In this document: piece after piece, positions 61,079-64,000 of the stretch
How the letters are laid out: each line of letters opens with the position of its first letter
Numbering within the stretch: position 1 is the first letter of the stretch
DNA from: an uncultured Wenzhouxiangellaceae bacterium
GTDB taxonomy: Bacteria > Pseudomonadota > Gammaproteobacteria > Xanthomonadales > SZUA-36
Direction: 5' to 3'
Length of the DNA: 64,000 nt
Assembly (NCBI GenBank): GCA_964443145.1
Contig: CAYUBS010000002.1
Location: 10,440 to 74,439 of the forward strand
Notes under the pieces: generated by a model
Databases searched by the model: none
Told to the model about the DNA's origin: nothing
The model's input: only the letters and a program-made list of their open reading frames with translations
Program-made: the position numbers and the translations under genes

Positions 61079-63286
61079 ATGAAAAGCAGCTGGAACTATT
61101 CAGTGATTTGCCTGTGCATCCTGTGGCTATCGCTATCAGTTGCTCAAGCAGCTGAGAATTACGCAGGCAGCGAGAAGTGCCAGTCCTGCCATGCGCAGGC
61201 TTACGAATCATGGAAAGGGTCCCACCACTACCAGGCCATGCTTCCAGCTACCGCTGAAAACGTAGTAGGGGATTTTTCCGGAAAGACCTTTGACTATGGC
61301 GGAGTGACCAGTCGTTTTTACCGCAAAGGTGACCAGTTTTTCGTCACGACAGATAACGCGGAAGGTGAGTTGCAGGAATTCGAGATCACCTACACATTTG
61401 GTTTCTATCCCCTTCAGCAATACCTTGTGCCCTTTCCCGATGGCCGCTACCAGGCACTGAACGTCGTGTGGGACAGCCGGCCGGAAGCGGAAGGTGGCCA
61501 ACGCTGGTTCCACCTCTACCCCGAAGGTGACGACCCGGTTTTGCACGATGACATCGTGCACTGGACAGGCGCCTTTCAGAACTGGAACTCACGTTGTGCC
61601 GTGTGTCATTCAACCGGACTGAAGAAAAATTATTCAGCGGGTTCGAACAGCTACAAAACCGCCTGGAAAGAAATTAACGTGGCCTGCGAGGCCTGTCACG
61701 GCCCTGCCTCCACCCACATCGAATGGGCTGGCGGCGATCAACAGGCACAAGACCGCGGCTTTTCCTTTTCACTCAATGATCGCGGCGCTTTCGGCCCGGC
61801 TGATGCAGAGGCAAGAACATTCACCCGGCTGGATGGCAAGCGACCCACTACCCAGGTAGAAACCTGTGCCGCCTGCCACGCCAGGCGCAGTGAGCTGTCT
61901 GATTACCATGCCGGAGAGTCTTTCAACGATCAGTATCGGCTCGCTCTGATCGACCAGGGCCTTTATTACCCGGACGGGCAGATCGATGACGAAGTATATG
62001 TTTATGGTTCGTTTCTGCAGAGCAAGATGCAGCAGGCTGGCGTGGTCTGCACCGATTGCCATGAACCGCACAGCAACGCCGTGCGGATGGATAACAATCA
62101 ACTCTGCACCCAGTGTCACATGAGCACTGTTTTTGACCAGCCGGAACATCACCGGCATCCGCAGGGTAGCTCCGGCGCTGCCTGCGTGAACTGCCACATG
62201 CCGGTGAAAACCTATATGGGTGTCGATGACCGGCATGACCACAGCTTTCGGGTGCCGCAACCCCGGCTTACACTGGAATTGGGTGTACCCAATACCTGTA
62301 ACCAGTGCCACAAGGACAAGGCTGCGCAATGGGCGATTGATTCACTCAGCGCATGGGGCGTTTCCGAAACCGACCGACTGCAACCCGCCCGCATACTTGG
62401 CGCAGCCTGGGCTGGCCAGGGTGAGGCCTTACCCGGTTTACTGGCACTGGCCAGGCAACCGACTGTTTCACCCATGTTGCGCGCCAGCGCCGTGTTGGCC
62501 ACACAGCGATTTCCAGCGCAGGAAACACTGACCGCACTCCAGCAACTGCTGTTGTCCGATGAAGCCCTGGTGCGCACCTCGGCAGTGCGATCAATGGATT
62601 GGGTGCCGGAGGCTCAGCGATACGCCATGTTGCGCGACCTGATCACAGACAGCAGCAAGGTGGTTCGAATGGCCGTTGCCCGCCAGCTGTCCGCTTTTCC
62701 GGTTGATCAACTACCGGGACCATCGGCTACCGAAATGAACACCTTGTTCAAAGAATACCTGGCAACCATGCAGCTCAATGCGGACATGCCTGAAGAGCAG
62801 ATGAACCTCGGTTTGTTCTACAGTGACAGGGGCGATGCACTGGCCGCGGAAAAGGCCTTTCGCCACGCCCTCAAGCTCGCGCCAGCTTATATGCCTGCGA
62901 TGCTCAACCTGGCGGACCTGTACCGCGCGAACAGCATGGATCAGAGCGCGGAACCCCTGCTGCGCAGGGCTATCGCCACCGCACCCGAGCAGGCCGCGCC
63001 GTATCATTCGTTGGGTTTGCTGATGATCCGGCAGGGTAAACTTGACGAGGGTGTGGTTTTTCTCCAGCAGGCGAGTGAAGCAAGCCCGCAAAATCCTCGC
63101 TACAGTTACGTCTACGCGGTTGCGCTATGGGAAGGCGGAAAGCAAAGACAGGCGGTTGCGATACTCGAAGGTGCCGTGCAACAACAACCCGGAAACCGTG
63201 ACCTCGTTTCTGCACTGGCCAGCTACTATCAGCAATTGGGCGAAGTAGAAAAACTCAAACAGCTACAACAACTGCACACACCGTAA
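61079..63286 (+). CDS. Periplasmic octaheme c-type cytochrome fused to HEAT-like and TPR repeats
   Basis: The start is taken at MKSSWNY... (ATG 61079), with a Sec signal ending SVAQA. Eight CXXCH motifs (CQSCH, CAVCH, CEACH, CAACH, CTDCH, CTQCH, CVNCH, CNQCH) lie between 61178 and 62310. The C-terminal roughly 300 aa are HEAT-like then TPR repeats. The ORF-track start at 60920 overlaps ltaE. Confidence 0.85.
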   Translation: MKSSWNYSVICLCILWLSLSVAQAAENYAGSEKCQSCHAQAYESWKGSHHYQAMLPATAENVVGDFSGKTFDYGGVTSRFYRKGDQFFVTTDNAEGELQEFEITYTFGFYPLQQYLVPFPDGRYQALNVVWDSRPEAEGGQRWFHLYPEGDDPVLHDDIVHWTGAFQNWNSRCAVCHSTGLKKNYSAGSNSYKTAWKEINVACEACHGPASTHIEWAGGDQQAQDRGFSFSLNDRGAFGPADAEARTFTRLDGKRPTTQVETCAACHARRSELSDYHAGESFNDQYRLALIDQGLYYPDGQIDDEVYVYGSFLQSKMQQAGVVCTDCHEPHSNAVRMDNNQLCTQCHMSTVFDQPEHHRHPQGSSGAACVNCHMPVKTYMGVDDRHDHSFRVPQPRLTLELGVPNTCNQCHKDKAAQWAIDSLSAWGVSETDRLQPARILGAAWAGQGEALPGLLALARQPTVSPMLRASAVLATQRFPAQETLTALQQLLLSDEALVRTSAVRSMDWVPEAQRYAMLRDLITDSSKVVRMAVARQLSAFPVDQLPGPSATEMNTLFKEYLATMQLNADMPEEQMNLGLFYSDRGDALAAEKAFRHALKLAPAYMPAMLNLADLYRANSMDQSAEPLLRRAIATAPEQAAPYHSLGLLMIRQGKLDEGVVFLQQASEASPQNPRYSYVYAVALWEGGKQRQAVAILEGAVQQQPGNRDLVSALASYYQQLGEVEKLKQLQQLHTP

Positions 63287-63296
63287 ATGGGTGTCA

Positions 63297-64000
63297 TTAC
63301 GGGTCTGGCTGCATCCAGATCAGGCTGGCCATCCGCCCCGTCACCCCATCCCGTCGGTAAGAAAAAAAGCGTGTTGGGTCACTCAGGGTACACAGACCCC
63401 CACCGCCAATGGCTTGTATGCCCAGCCGTCTCAGTTTCAATTCTGCCAGGGTGTATAAGTCCAATAGAAAGCGGTCGCCCCGCGGTGTAAAACCTGCTGG
63501 AAATTCCTCCGGGAAAGCGTCGGCAAGCTCCCTGCCCACTTCATAGGCTTGCGGGCCAATTGCCGGACCCATCCAGGCCAGTAACTCCGCCGGATCCACA
63601 TCCAGTGTCGCAATAGTCTCCTGCAATATACCGTCCGCCAGCCCTCTCCAGCCTGCGTGTGCAACAGCTACCCGGTCACCTGCCCGATTGCAAAAAAAAA
63701 CGGGTAGACAATCCGCCGTTAGTACGGCACAAACCTCCCCGGGGGAAATAGAGACAATTGCATCTGCCTGCAACTCGGCACTGGCCCGACCAGGGTGATG
63801 GACAACCGTGGTTCCATGAACCTGGCTCAGCCATTGCGGTGCGGCGGGCAGTGCCTGGTGCAGCTTTTTTCGATTCTGTGCAACGTGGTCATCCTGGTCA
63901 CCACAGTGTGTTCCCAGGTTAAGGCTCGCCCATGCCCCCTGGCTGAAGCCGCCTGACCGGGTCGTACACACTGCCCGGATGTTTCGCGGTGCCGGCCAGT
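63297..64000 (-). CDS. pgeF: Peptidoglycan editing factor PgeF (YfiH/DUF152 family), 5' end outside the window
   Basis: HAGWRGLADGIL and a C-terminal CT..D...FFSYRRDG motif are typical of YfiH/PgeF. The reading frame stays open to the window edge (..WPAPRNIRAVCTTRSGG..), and the apparent M at 63971 is an internal GTG. Confidence 0.85.
   Translation of the reverse strand, partial: WPAPRNIRAVCTTRSGGFSQGAWASLNLGTHCGDQDDHVAQNRKKLHQALPAAPQWLSQVHGTTVVHHPGRASAELQADAIVSISPGEVCAVLTADCLPVFFCNRAGDRVAVAHAGWRGLADGILQETIATLDVDPAELLAWMGPAIGPQAYEVGRELADAFPEEFPAGFTPRGDRFLLDLYTLAELKLRRLGIQAIGGGGLCTLSDPTRFFSYRRDGVTGRMASLIWMQPDP

Noticed and set aside
61639-61648. GGGTTCGAAC, resembling a tRNA T-arm
   Set aside because: It lies inside the cytochrome coding frame with no flanking acceptor, D or anticodon-arm complementarity. 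No tRNA genes were found anywhere in the window.

Overview
This window is a densely packed, almost entirely core-genome stretch of a moderately GC-rich gammaproteobacterial chromosome. I found 54 protein-coding genes and no rRNA, tRNA, CRISPR array, transposase, integrase or phage gene. All calls come from reading the supplied translations for family motifs and from conserved gene order; no database search was run.

Recognisable blocks, in order:
- truD-ispF-ispD-ftsB-eno-kdsA-pyrG (minus strand)
- parE and parC, separated by a SnoaL-like gene and an NnrS gene
- an Rrf2-regulated sufBCDS operon
- amgK-murU (peptidoglycan recycling) followed by an unknown 588-aa lipoprotein
- hda, an AI-2E transporter and a DUF2066-like gene, divergent from purMN and an M48/TPR protease
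- murA-ibaG, divergent from yrbG-kdsDC-lptCAB-rpoN-hpf-ptsN-hprK-rapZ-EIIA(Man)-ptsH-ptsI
- mgtE
- tsaB, a DinG-like helicase, an LpoP-like TPR lipoprotein and mrcB
- relA-hrpA
- ltaE, an octaheme cytochrome c fused to HEAT/TPR repeats, and a 5'-truncated pgeF at the window edge

The least explained content is a pair of very large, soluble, multi-module glycosyltransferase genes. One is 811 aa with two GT-B modules. The other is 1,462 aa, with an unknown N-terminal region, a GT-B module, a coiled coil, a GT2 module and a second GT-B module. They bracket the mrcB/LpoP-like block, and no export, priming or sugar-nucleotide genes are visible anywhere in the 64 kb. This is my best candidate for an uncharacterised system, but I cannot show from sequence alone that the two genes work together or what they make.

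Other points worth a second look are the HprK-containing transport-less regulatory PTS, the octaheme-HEAT-TPR protein, and a few small repeats and palindromes in the rare intergenic regions. High GC at third codon positions produces many long antisense ORFs, which I rejected as spurious.
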